Source: the human T2T-CHM13v2.0 reference genome, Homo sapiens. From it: a DNA stretch of 64,000 bases. Below the pieces are notes generated by a model, which made no database searches, was not told the origin of the DNA, and was given only the letters and a program-made list of their open reading frames with translations. The DNA lies in NCBI RefSeq assembly GCF_009914755.1, contig NC_060936.1; one strand, 5' to 3'. Below, one piece after another: positions 1-12,130 of the stretch. The stretch's first letter is position 1. The number at the start of each line of letters is the position of its first letter. Both the position numbers and the translations under genes were made by a program.

Positions 1-448
1 GCGCGGGCATGTATGTGCGTGTGTGTTTGCGGGCATGTGTGTGTGCGTGTGTGTGTGTGTCCGGGCATGTGTGTGTATGTGTGTGCCTGGGCATGTGTGT
101 ATGTGTGTGCGCGTGCACGCGCGGGCATATGTGTGCGTGCGGGCATGTGCGTGTGTGCCGGCATGTGTGTTCGTGTGTGTGTGTGTGTGTGCGTGCGTGC
201 GCGGGCATTTGTGTGCGGTCATGTGTGTCCGTGTGTGTATGTGCGGGCATGTATGTGCGTGTGTGTGCGGGCATGTGTGTGTGCGCGCGCGAGCATGTGT
301 GGGGGGGCATGTGTGTCCGTGTGTGTGTGCGGGCATGTGTGTGCGTGTGTGTGTGTGTGTGGGCATGTGTGTGCAGGCGTGTGTGTGCGGGCATGTGTGT
401 GGGGGCATGTGTGTGCATGTGTGTATGTGCGCATGCTCACCTGTGTGT
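1..448. repeat. GT-rich compound minisatellite: GCGGGCAT anchors separated by variable (GT)n/(GC) tracts; cut by window start
   Basis: About 15 GGGCAT-like anchors among TG runs; accounts for the Cys/Val-rich ORFs at 9-603. Confidence 0.95.
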
Positions 449-1169
449 CAGGGGTAGCCCTGTCTGAATGCAGCTGCCAAGGTCCTCACCTTTGGCGGGA
501 CATGTCCCCAAGCCCCTGCTCCCCAGGCACCGGAATCCCCAGGGCGCATGACACTGGCCACACCACAGCAGAGGCCAGCAGAGACCCCGGGGTCAGCCCT
601 TGACGCTGAGCCTCTCTCCCTCCTACCGCTCTGAGGATTCCCACGCTGGGGCTTCCCCCAGCCTCTCCGCCACCTCGGGACAGAGGCAGGGAGGAGAGAT
701 CTGGGTGAGGTGGGGAGCAAGGGATAGGGGTAGTAAGAAACAGTCTGGCAGGGAGTTGGAAGTTCAAAGTTTGATTTGACTCCGTATTTACCCAAAGGAA
801 ATCCAACAGGGGGGAAATATACAGCTGGAACTGGAAGCGCCCAGTTTGCCGTCCCTGCAGGTTCCACGGTCTTTGCTCCTCTCTTCAGAGAGAAAAAGGC
901 TGGGGGTTGCGCTCAAGCCCCCTGTAAGTCAGAACCAGGACACCCTAGCGGAAGAGGAGACCTGGAGGTCTCAGGGGTGTCTCCGTGCTTCCTTCTGCCC
1001 CGCGGCCCCAGCTACGTCTGATTCGCCTCCACTCACCCCGGGGGCCAGGACCATGCCTGCATTCAGTAGGCGCCCAGTGCATGCTCAGGGGACCTGAATG
1101 TTATCTGAGGGCCCCTGTAAAATGAAATACAAAAGAACTAGGGGAAGCAGAGGCCTTGCTCAGGCAGGT

Positions 1170-1310
1170 ACATAACCTCTGGTGCCTCCATTTCCTTATC
1201 TGTAAAACAGGAGCAAAAGCGACGGAACCGCAGTATAGATGGGAGGAGCCTAGTGCTTATTCCCAAGGGGCTTAAAACAGCACCTGGCCTGCGTGAAGTA
1301 CTTGTTCAGT
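1170..1310 (+). mobile_element. MIR fragment
   Basis: aacctctggtgcctccatttccttatctgtaaaac core. Confidence 0.7.
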
Positions 1311-1344
1311 CCAAGCTATCATCTGGGCACATCCCCTGACAGAT

Positions 1345-1760
1345 GCTTGATCTTCACAGCAACCTATGTGCAGGTCCTTGTGAGCCCATTGTACTTATTT
1401 AAGAGACAGGGTCTCACTCTGTGGCCCAGGCTGGAGTACAGCGCCATGATCACCGCACTGCAGTCTTGACCTTCTGGGCTCAAGCGATCCTCCCACCTCA
1501 GTCTCCCAAGTACCTGGGACTACAGGCACACACCACCACGCCCGGCTAACGTTTTTATAATTTGTAGAGACCAGGTCTTGCTGTGTTGCCCAGGCTGGTC
1601 TCAAACTCCTGGCCTCAAGCAATCCTCCTGCCTCAGCCTCCCAAAGCTGTTTTGTTATTATTACTGTTCAGATGATGACACTGAGGCCCAGATAAATGAA
1701 GTAACTTGCTCAAGGCCACCCAGCTAGAAAGTGCCTGGGCTGGATTCAAGCCTGTCACCC
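1345..1760 (-). mobile_element. MIR interrupted by Alu
   Basis: cagatgatgacactgaggcccag...gtaacttgctcaaggccacccagctag. Confidence 0.75.
1395..1648 (-). mobile_element. AluJ-like, 5'-truncated
   Basis: gagacagggtctcactctgt...ctcaagcaatcctcctgcctcagcctcccaaag. Confidence 0.95.
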
Positions 1761-2309
1761 CGCCCCTGCCTCCTAGACAGACAAATGGCTTAGACAAGAG
1801 GGCAGGGGCTTTCCTGGTGGGAGGGGGCTGACCTCGAGGACTCCCAGTTCAGACTGTGGGAGTCTCTTGATGCTAATCAGGCCCCCGGGGGTGGCCTTGA
1901 GGCCTCCCTGCACGGCCACCCTCAGAGAGCATAACTGAATGCTATGTGCTTTGAACCAGAAAATGCTCCCGGCTATAAATTAGGGGACCGCCCAAGGGCA
2001 CAAGGCCCTGCGGCCACTTCTGCTGCCCTGGGCCAGGACGGTGGAGGCCCCACAGGCTCCTTGGACAGCTGGGAAGCCCGCTGGAGGCTGCTGCCATGGC
2101 GACGGTGCCGGCTGCCCTCACTCTGCGTGGGCCACATCCTGCCTTTCCCGGGCACGGAGTGGGCTGGGGCTCAGCCAGCCACCTCTCCCTCCTCTTCCTC
2201 CCTCCCCTGGGGTCATCTGGGGGTCCCAAGGGCTGCCCGCCCGTCTGCAGCCCAGCAGGGCAAAGCCAGCTCAAAGACGCCCCTCTCTTAATAATGACAA
2301 ATGCCAGCT

Positions 2310-2650
2310 GACATGCATTGAGCACTTAGCCCCTTACAAGTATTGGTGGCTTAACTCATAATAGGTGAAAAGACTGAGGCCCACAGAGGCAGCATTGCTT
2401 GCCCAGGGTCACAGGACTAGGCAAGAGCAAAGATGGGGTTCCAAGCTGGGGTTTCTGACCCAAGAGCTCCATTGCAGAGTACAGTGCAATGGCAAAGACA
2501 TGACCTCAGAAGCAAGACAAGCTGTGTGACCCTGGACAAGTTACCCAGCCTCTCTGGGCTTGGGTGTCCCCTTGGGCAAAATGGGATAAGAGTACCTGCT
2601 TCCTAGGGTCCTCAGGAGGATTCCATCTGTTAATGCATCGGGCAGGCACT
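2310..2650. mobile_element. Two MIR fragments in opposite orientation (about 2310-2465 minus, 2480-2650 plus)
   Basis: actgaggcccacagagg...ttgcccagggtcacag; gctgtgtgaccctggacaagttac. Confidence 0.7.
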
Positions 2651-3645
2651 GGGTCTTAGCCTCACTGTCTCCTAGAAACGGGTCCTGGGATGAGGTTTGT
2701 AGACCCGCGCTTCAGGGGAGGCTGCACAGGGGAGACAGGACAGGGCAGGGAAGGAAGCCAAGCCCAGGTGTCACTCGAGCCAATATCCCAGCCTCAGCCG
2801 GATCTGGGTCTGAGGAGCACCCAGTTCGTCCTGCCCCAAGGCAAGAGCTCAGACTCACAGTGGTCACCCAGGGGCTGTCCCAGGGAATCACAGCCACCAG
2901 GCGGGTCAGGCTCCCTGGACATGGGGCCAAAGCACCGCCAGAGCCCGGGAGCAGTGCCCAGAAGCGAGGTGAAAGTGCAGGCAGTTAGGAGCAAACTGGA
3001 GAGAAGGGACACAGAAGCGTCATTGAGAGGCCCGGAGCGTGTGGGGGTGGAATCCTGACAGTACTCCTCACACTGCCCGGGTTGCAGGTTGCTATTTTAG
3101 GGTTTATTGCCTACAAACTTCAACTCCACAACAAACCCATCTGACCAGTGGAGTTGCCCTTGTTTTACATGTGGAAGGCCAGTGGTTTGGCCAAAGCGAC
3201 AGGGCTTGGGGCAGGGATCCAAATGTCTAGGCTCCAGGTCAGCTTTTCACTGCCCTTGCGGCGTGGTGGCTGCGTGCAGGGCCCGGAGGAGAGGGTGCTG
3301 ACTTGCACAGGAGGCCATGAGCGGCTCCAGGGCCTGGGGCACCCGGAGCAGGTTGTAGCATTCAGGATGCCTGGGGTAGCAAGTTAGAGAAAAATCCCAA
3401 TTCCAACTGCTTTCATGATGAACATGGATTCTCCCCATGAGAGGAGGTCCCGGAGCAAAGGAGCTGCAGGGCTGGGTGACTCAGCAGCTCATTGGTGGCA
3501 TCTGCACCAGGCGCTTCCTCCTCTCTCTTCTGCCACCCCTCAGTGTTGGGACTCCCTTCATGGCCTCAAGATGGCTGCAGCAGATCTGGTCATCACATCC
3601 CAACAAGACAGAGTGCAGTCAAAGATAAGGCAGCCATCTCTTCCC

Positions 3646-3982
3646 CCCTTTTTGTTTTTTGTTTGTTTGTCTGTTTTGTTTTGTTTTGTTTTGTTTTTGA
3701 GACAGAGTCTTGCTCTGTCGCCCAGGCTGGAGGGCAGTGGCTCAATCTCGGCTCACGGCAACCTCCACCTCCTCAGCCTCCCTGCCTTCTCCTGCCTCAG
3801 CCTCCTGAGTAGCTGGGATTACAGGTGTGCACCACCACGCCCAGCTAATTTTTATATTTTTAGTAGAGGGGGGGGTTTCACCATGTTGCCCAGACTGGAC
3901 TCGAACTTCTGACCTCAGGCAATGCGCTCAGCTCAACCTCCCAAAGTGCTGGGATTACAGGCGTGAGCCCCCGCACCCTGCC
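3646..3982 (-). mobile_element. AluS-like with (TTTTG)n tail
   Basis: Full dimeric Alu, antisense. Confidence 0.95.
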
Positions 3983-4009
3983 TGGTTCTCTCTTTTTTAA
4001 AAGCAGGTA

Positions 4010-4220
4010 GGCTGGGCATGGTGGCTCAGACCTGTAATCCCAGCACTTTGGGAGGCCAAGAAGGATGGATCGCTTGAACCCAGAAGTTCAAGATCAATCT
4101 GGGCAACATGGCGAAACCCCTCTCTACCAAAAGCGATACAAAAATTAGCCAGGAATGGTGCCACATACCTGTAGTCCCAGCTACTGGGGAGACCCTATCT
4201 TAGAAAAAAATAAATAAATA
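4010..4220 (+). mobile_element. AluJ-like with most of the right arm deleted
   Basis: cccagctactggggga joins directly to gaccctatct+A tail; TSD-like agcaggta on both sides. Confidence 0.9.
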
Positions 4221-4341
4221 GGTAAGAGCAGGTAAGCATTCCCTGTAAATCCCCCAGCACAGTCCCCTCCACGCCACAGTGGCTAGGGTTAGGCCACGTG
4301 AATATCTAGGAAGGGGGATGGGGTGGCCATGACGCTTAGCC

Positions 4342-4828
4342 CAGGGTCAGCAAACGGTGGTTCACGGGCCCCAAGCCTGTTTGTTTTTGTAAATAAAGAT
4401 TGATTGGTGCCCAGCCACATCCTTTTTTTTTTTTTTTTTTTTTTTGAGATTGAGTCTCGCTCTTTTGCCAGGCTGGAGGGCAGTGGCGTGATCTTGGCTC
4501 ACTGCAACCTCTGCCTCGTATGTTCAAGCGATTCTCCTGCCTCAGCGTCCTGAGTGGCTGGGATTACAGGCACAAACAACCATGCCCAGCTAATTTTTAA
4601 TTTTTTTGTAGAGATGAGGATCTTGCTATGTTACCAAGGCTGGTCTTGAACTCCTGGGCTCAAGCGATCCTCCTGCCTCAGCCTCCCAAGCTGCACACCC
4701 TTTTTTTTAATATCGTCTGTGGTTGCTTTTGTGTGACAAAAGCAGAACTGAGGAGTTACCGCAGAGACGCCCAAGAAGCCTAGAAGAGTGACTCAACCCT
4801 TTACAGAGAAAGAGTTTGCTGACCCCTG
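4342..4828 (+). mobile_element. MER58A (hAT-Charlie MITE) interrupted by Alu
   Basis: TIRs cagggtcagcaaac / gtttgctgacccctg; internal tttttgtaaataaag and ccctttacagagaaag. Confidence 0.85.
4423..4690 (-). mobile_element. Alu, 5'-truncated, possibly an S/J chimera
   Basis: Poly-T followed by Alu right and left arms. Confidence 0.92.
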
Positions 4829-4961
4829 GCTAGACTAACCGGGATCTACCCCTGACCCGGATTGAGTCATTTCCCCTGAGGGATGAATGAACACTATGAC
4901 AGTCTGTGAGCCCCATAGAAGTGGGGGTGGGGGCTGGCCTGGCCGCTGCCAGTCGTCCTTC

Positions 4962-5090
4962 AAAGCTTTGCTACTCAAAGCGTAGCCCCCAGGCCAGCAG
5001 CATCCGCCGGGCATGGGAGCCAGGTCTTGGGTCCCACCCCAGACCTATGAAATCAGAACCTGCATCCTAACCAGACCCCCAGGGAACGTC
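4962..5090. mobile_element. MER5A fragment
   Basis: tgctactcaaagcgt...ccagcagcatc...cccagaccta...aatcagaacctgcat. Confidence 0.75.
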
Positions 5091-5099
5091 ACCCACTAA

Positions 5100-5520
5100 A
5101 TGCAGCGCGTTTGCTTCTCAGGCTGTTGTAACAAGGTACCACGAAGCGGGTGGCTTAAAACCACAGGTCTGGAGGCCAGAAGCCTGCAATCCAGGTGCCA
5201 GCAGGGCCCTGCTCCCTCCAAAGCCCCTGGGGCAGGATTCTTCCCTGCCTCTTCCAGCTCCTGGTGGCTCTTGCGACCCTTGGCCTTCCTGGCTTTGCAG
5301 ATCGGTCACTCCAGCCTTTCCTCTGCCTCCACGTTGTTTGTGCGTATCTCCCCTTTTCCTGTGAGGGCTTCAGTCATCTTGGACGCGAGTCCACCCTGAT
5401 GACCTCATCTCAGCTTGATCACATCTGCAAAGATCCTATTTCCAAATAAAGTCACATCCACAGCTGCCAGGGGTTAGGACCCGGACATGTGTTTTCGGGA
5501 AACACAACCCCACCTGTGAC
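5100..5520 (-). mobile_element. MaLR LTR (MLT1B/C-like)
   Basis: gctgttgtaacaaggtaccac...tctggaggccagaag...acatctgcaaagatcctatttccaaataaagtcacat. Confidence 0.85.
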
Positions 5521-6119
5521 CTGTGAGTAGTCCCAACACACACCACACATGGGTGAACTGCGACATACGTGCTTGTGCTTTTGGGAAGGACAGGGCTGGG
5601 GGAGGGGCAGCTCCAGCTTCCCTGCCTTCTCAGGCTCCCAGAGCTGCCCTCCTGGGAAACAGCACGCTGGAAGCTTCATGAACATAGCTGGCCTCAGGCT
5701 GGCTCAGGGAGGTCATCTCTACCCCTCATCTCCCACCAGGCCTGAGCTGCTCCTGGGCCTCCCGGGTTGAACCGTGAGTGCCCTCAGCAGGTCTGGCACT
5801 GGGTGAGGCATGTCAGGCATCCCAGGTGCCCCTCTGCACTGGCACCCTGAGAGGGCTTGCCTTCTAACATTCGGTACCCTGAGCCCAGCACTGGGGCTCA
5901 GCCCACTTCTCATCTCCAAACCCTGCTCCGGGCCTGTGCTCCCCAGCTGTGGCCAAGTGACAGGTGGGCCCAGCTCCTGCACTGGCCGCATGAACAGAAG
6001 CACCGTCTTCTCAGTGAAATTAATAAATGCCCAGCAAGTGCACCCTGAGCAAACTTCCTTGCTTTGCACATAACTGGTGCTTAAAACTCACGTGCTCGGT
6101 GTACGAGGAAGTAAATGCC

Positions 6120-6546
6120 GGAAATCCAGATTCCCTACAGCGACTGACAAGGCCCAGCGTGATCTAGCCCACCCTCCTTACCAACCTTGTTCCCACCGTT
6201 TTCCTCCTAAACCTCTAGTTTCCAGCTCCATGCCAAGCCCACTACGGCCCCAGGGCATTTGCACCTGCTGTGCCCTCTGCTGGAAGGCTCCTCCCCACAC
6301 ACAAGCCCATGGCTGGTTCTCTAACTCGATTTCGATTTCTGTACAGATGATGTTACCTCTTCAGAGGTAAGCCCCACCCCCTCACCTCCTCACTTTCTAT
6401 CAAATCAAACAATTTTAACAACTGCGTAGAACTCACAACTGCCTCCAATCCTCATGTTCATTTATTTATCTACCTGCCACGTCCTGAGTGTCTAGAATGG
6501 TGCCGGGCACACAGTAGGTGCGCAGTAAAAACATGCTACTGAACTG
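6120..6546 (+). mobile_element. L2 3' end
   Basis: cagggcatttgcacctgctgtgccctctgc; ggcacacagtaggtgcgcagtaaa terminal motif. Confidence 0.8.
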
Positions 6547-7490
6547 AGAGAGTCCTCTCCTCCATCCCCATCAGGCTGAGCTCTTAGTAAACACTCAGGA
6601 GCCTCCAGGCCCCTGTATTAAAGGCCTGACAAGCCTCGCCCTGCTGCGGAATTTTACAGATGGGGCTGTTTCTTTGTGTGTCAACAGAGTGCTTAATCTC
6701 TGCTCATAATGCCAGGCAGGAAGGAGCCTGCTTTGCTGAGGAACTTCTGTCTCAAAGCCGCCAGGTAACATGAGTGGGGCCTCTGGGGTCGGGAGCAGCA
6801 TGTCTCCCCATCCTGGCCTTGATAAATGTCCAGGGGCCCTTCCAGCCTCCGCCAGGCAGCTGCCTCTGACCACAGCCTCCTCCGCAGAGCTGAGCTACCC
6901 ACGTGTGCTCACTTCTAAACTGCAAGCCGGCCCCTGAGGGGGTGTGTGAGGAGTCAGGGTCTTAAAAACTTCCTGCATATTTTCCCTTCAGAAATAGCAT
7001 CCTTAACTTTCTTTTTTTTTTTCCTTATTAAAAATGTACTCATGTAATCCACATGCACTGGCTGTGAGAAATTCCAAAATGTCTTTTGGAGAGAGATCCT
7101 TGCCCCCTGAGGCTGTCCCCATTGCACAGATGATAAGCACAGTCAACGAGGCTGGGCGCCCGTACTTCCCAAACTTTGTGGGGCCCACAGCAACCCTCTG
7201 AGGCTTTTACTTTTATCATCCCCATTCCACAGACAGGGAAACTGAGACTCGGAGAGGGACAGGGCCAGCAGCCAGCACATGTTGGAGGGAGGTCAATCCA
7301 CTGTGGCTTTGAGCAGAGTGGTCGCAGGACTACTATGCCATATCCCACCTCTTTGTAGAAGAGTTCTTGATTTCATTTTTAAATTTTTGTGTTGTTGTTT
7401 CTATTTTGTACCATTTTCTGTGTATCGTTCTGTGACTTGCTTTTTTCATTTAACATGTCTGAGACATCAATTCATGCTGGACACACATAA

Positions 7491-7791
<301 letters not shown>

Positions 7792-9224
7792 AGTCACCTC
7801 ATTCTTTTTAACGCCTGTTTCATAGCCCCTGACACACAGCACAGAGCCATTATAATTGTTGGAGTCAAAACGGTTCATATCTGATCATCTTGTATTCTCC
7901 GGACGTAATTCATTTTAATGTGCACTACAGTCTCTATGCGATGCAGTGAGCACTTTTGGGAAAACCAGTCGGACCTGGACTGGTTGGTCAGGAGAAGGTC
8001 TGAAGTGCCCTGTCAGGCCAAGTCTGAGACTGTGGTAGTAGAGGAAGTGAAAGCAGGCTCCAGCACTGAGGTCCAGAATGTTCCCAGCTCCAACGAGGCC
8101 ATGAAGATAAAGCACTTCTTTTGTTGGCCATCTGCATATCCAAGGACTCCAGAGTATCCAACCTTCAAAGCACTGTGGCTCATTCCCTGAACAACGGTGC
8201 CAGGTAATTCACAAAGCAACCCTCTGCACACCACAGTTTGCTCCAGTCTCCAAAGCAAGTCCTACTCAGAGTCTCCCCCGAGCAGACGAAGAGAAGCCAG
8301 ACCTCTCTCCACTTCAGGCAGTGGATGCTTTTTGGGGGCTGGCATAAAGGGAGTAAGGAGGGCATGAGTTTTCACAAAGTCAAAATGAAACTGCTAACAA
8401 CACGGCTCTGTCTCCCAAGAGTGACTCACCCAGTGAAAACCAGAATATTGTTCCGAGTGTCAAAATCTGCAGAACAGCCTCCAGGATTTGGGTCTTATCC
8501 AGCTTAAATGAGCCAAAACACTCCTGCATCTTCCTGGGGTTCCTGGTGAAGGGCGTGTTGTCTTTTCCCTTTAGCCCTTGTTTTGGAAAGCTCTGAAGAG
8601 GCACCCAGGAGGTCAGCAGACAGCAGCCTAGCCGCTTCCTTCTCCAGGACAGCATTCGGGCAGCTTTGAAATGCCTCCCAGCGCTCGCCTTCTGCAATCC
8701 CCAAACTTATGCTGCTGGCATGCTGGCTGCCACAGAGCGCAGAGAACACCAGGACCCCGGTGGGAGGCAGAAAAAATATTCCTTAGGAGAATCATCACCC
8801 CACCTCGCGCTGGAGGGCCAGGCACGGCAGAGTTTATCATCATCAGGAGCGAGTTAACTTCGAACAGGGGAGAAATGCTTTTAGAGTAATTGTATTAGCC
8901 CTGGATTCCAGAATGCCTTTTCCATTCTTTTAAGGAACATTCTGTGCATCCTTGTGCCCTCCGTAGAGCAGGGGGAGACTGACGGGTTTGTAGGTGGAGA
9001 AAAACGTGAGACATTTTTAGCTCCCGGTTTTATTCATGAGAAAATTTGCCAGGTGATCCTGGAGCGTGACAGCTTGTCTTGTGGAGTTTGCCAGGGCGCC
9101 ATGGTGCTCCTGGGTATACTCTGGGTGCATACGTGAATCCACAGTGAGCCACATGCAAATCAGGACAATTGGACCAGGGTCAGTCTTCAGCCCTGATGGG
9201 GACTGAGAGAACAGGGAGGGGAAT

Positions 9225-9410
9225 GACAGCAGCTAACGCTTATCTAGTGCTTCCTGTGGGCTGGACGAGATCCTGAGCACTTTGCGTGTATTAACATTTA
9301 ACTCGGATAATGACCCAACAAGGGAAGTACTAATATGATCTCCATTTAAGAGACAGGGAAGGCGAGGCGCAGAAAGGTTAAGTAACTTGCCCAAGGTCAC
9401 ACAGCTAGAA
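9225..9410 (-). mobile_element. MIR
   Basis: ggttaagtaacttgcccaaggtcacacagctag. Confidence 0.85.
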
Positions 9411-10014
9411 AATTGCCCGCCTAGGGCAATTTCACCCCAGCTCCGTGGCAGTGAAAAGATTGCAGTCGTGATAGTCAGGATGACATCACTCCCTATCCTT
9501 GCCTGATGAGTCCCCGTGGGGGATCTTGGAAGGCTTCTTACAGGAAGTGGAGACAGACTCCAAGGTGAGGTTTTCCTTGAAGGAAGCGTGGGATTCTAAC
9601 TGGCAACTGGGGCAGAAACAGCATTCAGTGTGGCAGGATGGGCGGGTGCGGAGGCTGGGAGGAGGGAAAGGGGCTGCTGGTGAGAAAACTGTGGAGCCAG
9701 AACTTGGTGTGGGTGAAAACCCAGGCATACAGTCAGTGCTCAATAAATGGCAGCTTGGACATTAATTGGAGGCCAGGAGGCAGTATCTTGGCTGCTGCTT
9801 CCTGGCTGGGGTCCAGCATCCAGCATCCTCAGTGATTCCTGGGAGCCACGGCCCAGCTCCAGGGCAGGGTCCTGATTGGTCCAAGGTGATCACGCCCCTA
9901 ACCAGAGATTGGGCTAGTCATGGTCATGTGACACAGTTTGACCAACTGCTGGCAAGAATCTAGGAATGCTTTTTCTCACCCTCAAAAAGCCGCTCTCTAT
10001 CCAAGAAGGCCCTT

Positions 10015-10260
10015 GTGTGAGTTAGCTATTGCTGCATAACAAAATGCCCCCACACTTAGCCTCTGGGAACAGTGATGTATTTTCTCAGCTTCTGTGGGTC
10101 TGGAATCTCGGGGGCACTTACTGGGAGGTTCTGGCGCAGGGTCTCCCTTGAGGTCTCCAGCAGTGGAAAGGTCAGCTCTGGTTGCCGTCATCTGAAGGCT
10201 CCTGTTCAGGCTTTCTCCCTCCATCTGAAAGGCTTCCGAGGTCGGCTTGCCCAGTCCCAG
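10015..10260 (-). mobile_element. MaLR LTR fragment (old MLT1)
   Basis: gttagctattgctgcataacaaaatgcccc terminal motif. Confidence 0.7.
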
Positions 10261-10289
10261 CCTGCTGGGCACAGAACCTTGGCTTTTTC

Positions 10290-10655
10290 CTGATACAAGA
10301 GTTCCAGCTCAAACATCACCTCCTCTGAGAAGCTTTCCAAGATCACCTTATAAAAAGTGGCCCCTCCCTGTCCTGCCAGTGAGTCTGCATCCTGTCCCCA
10401 CATGCCTTACTGCCTCCGGGCCTGAGGTTCTCTCTCTACTGTTTGCCATTTTTCCCCCTCCTTTTATAATTTACGTCTCTGTTGGTCTCCCTACCCCCTC
10501 ACTAAAATGTACATTCCTGACAGTCCAGACCGTTGCCTGTTTTGTCGTCTGCTAGATTTCCCAGAGTTTAGCATAGTGCCTATAAGTAGTAGGTGCTCAA
10601 TTAAAGATACGTCTATATTGAATGAATGCATGAATGAATAATTGAATGAGTGGAT
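10290..10655 (+). mobile_element. L2 3' end with (TGAA)n tail
   Basis: agctcaaacatcacctcctctgagaagc...agtaggtgctcaat...ttgaatgaatgcatgaatgaat. Confidence 0.85.
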
Positions 10656-10732
10656 ATTCAGCAGCTGTAGAAGTGGTCTAGGACATCAGGCAACACCAAA
10701 GAACCAAGGAAGAGGTTAATAACTCTCTGACA

Positions 10733-10845
10733 CTGTGTGTGTCTGTGTGTGTGTGTGTGTGTTTGTGTGTGTATCTTTCTCTCTCCTGTCTCTTCCTCTC
10801 TCTACCCCCCATCTCTCTATCTCTCCTGTTTCTTTCTGTCTCTCC
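10733..10845. repeat. Imperfect (TG)n followed by CT-rich tract
   Basis: Direct inspection. Confidence 0.9.
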
Positions 10846-11059
10846 CCGACACCCCCTGCCATCAGGCTTCCTGCCGCAACACACACACCCTCTTCCTCCA
10901 GCTGCCTGCATCCAGGTCCCCTCCCTAAGTTTCACTTTCAAAGCCCCCAGATTCAACCTTCTCTGCTTTGCTTCCAAACTGGCTTCTCCAGCCTCAACCC
11001 CACCTCCATCCTGTGCCTGCCAGCTCTGGGAGGTCACCTACAGAACAAAAATGACACGG

Positions 11060-11180
11060 GATTGGGAGTCAGGCAGATCTGGCCTGTGTTGAGGCCTTCC
11101 CAGCCATATGACCTCAGGGAAGTCACCTCCTGTTCTGAGCCCCAGTTTCCTCATCTGTACAATGGCGCAGTGAGACCACT
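11060..11180 (+). mobile_element. MIR fragment
   Basis: tctgagccccagtttcctcatctgtacaatgg. Confidence 0.75.
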
Positions 11181-11899
11181 CAAAGTAAAGAGCGCATCGC
11201 CTCCCTGAACATGGGGTTACTTTAGGGATAGAGGGACAACGAGGTTGCCCGTGACAATCCCCCCACCTCCCATCCCCCGGAAGCCCACAGTGACTTCAGT
11301 TCTCTCAAGTTTGCCCGGGCAGCCGCCCCTCCTCTGCAGCTGCTCCCCAGAGAGTGTGAATGCTTAAACGGCCAATATTTTCCCCGGCTCAGCACAAAGC
11401 ACCGTCATTGCAGGGCAGCCAGGAAGGGCTGTTAGCTTGATTGGGTTCTTTTTCATCTCCACATCAGCTGTTAAGCGGCTCAGCTCATGCAGGGGAAACT
11501 GCTTCTCGACTGCCCAGTGCTGGCGTGGGGCTTGGAGGAGTTGTTAAGAAACAGCAAGAATGTGGCCCCATTGCACACCCTCCAGAGGCCAGACTCTTGA
11601 AGCACCCCCTCTCCCAGCTCAAAGCCAGCAATAGCTCTGTATTTCCACCCCAGGCATCGATCCAGAGCCCCCTCCTCCTCCCCCTATGTGCTGATGGGTT
11701 CCCCCAACAGGACCCCCCCCCCCATTTCCTCCCAGATCTCTCCTTTCTATTTGAGGAAGAGAATTTTTTTTCCAAAGTCCTCCTGATGTGCTGGAGGTAG
11801 GGGAACAGTTACTTTCAAACACACTGGTAACTGCGTCTGCTTCCTAAGGGAAGTGACATAACTCATTCCAATGGGAACATGAATTCCTACATCATCCCC

Positions 11900-12130
11900 C
11901 TCTAATAACAACAAATATAACAAGACAGGTATGGTGCTGAGTGTTTTCCACAAATGCACTCAAGTAAGCCTCAGGGCAACCCTAAGAAAAAGGTATTAGC
12001 TGCATTCCCATTTTATAGACCAGGTTACAGAGGCACAGAGAGGGTAAGTAACGTGCTTGAGGTCACACAGCCAATGAAGGGAGGGGCTGCCGTTGGAACT
12101 CAGACCTTCTGGCTCCCTGAGCCTGCTCAC
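11900..12130 (-). mobile_element. MIR
   Basis: cccattttatagacc...gaggcacagagagggtaagtaacgtgcttgaggtcacacagc. Confidence 0.8.

Noticed and set aside
9-603. Cys/Val-rich ORFs of 144-196 aa
   Set aside because: Translations of the GT-rich repeat, open in several frames because it lacks stops
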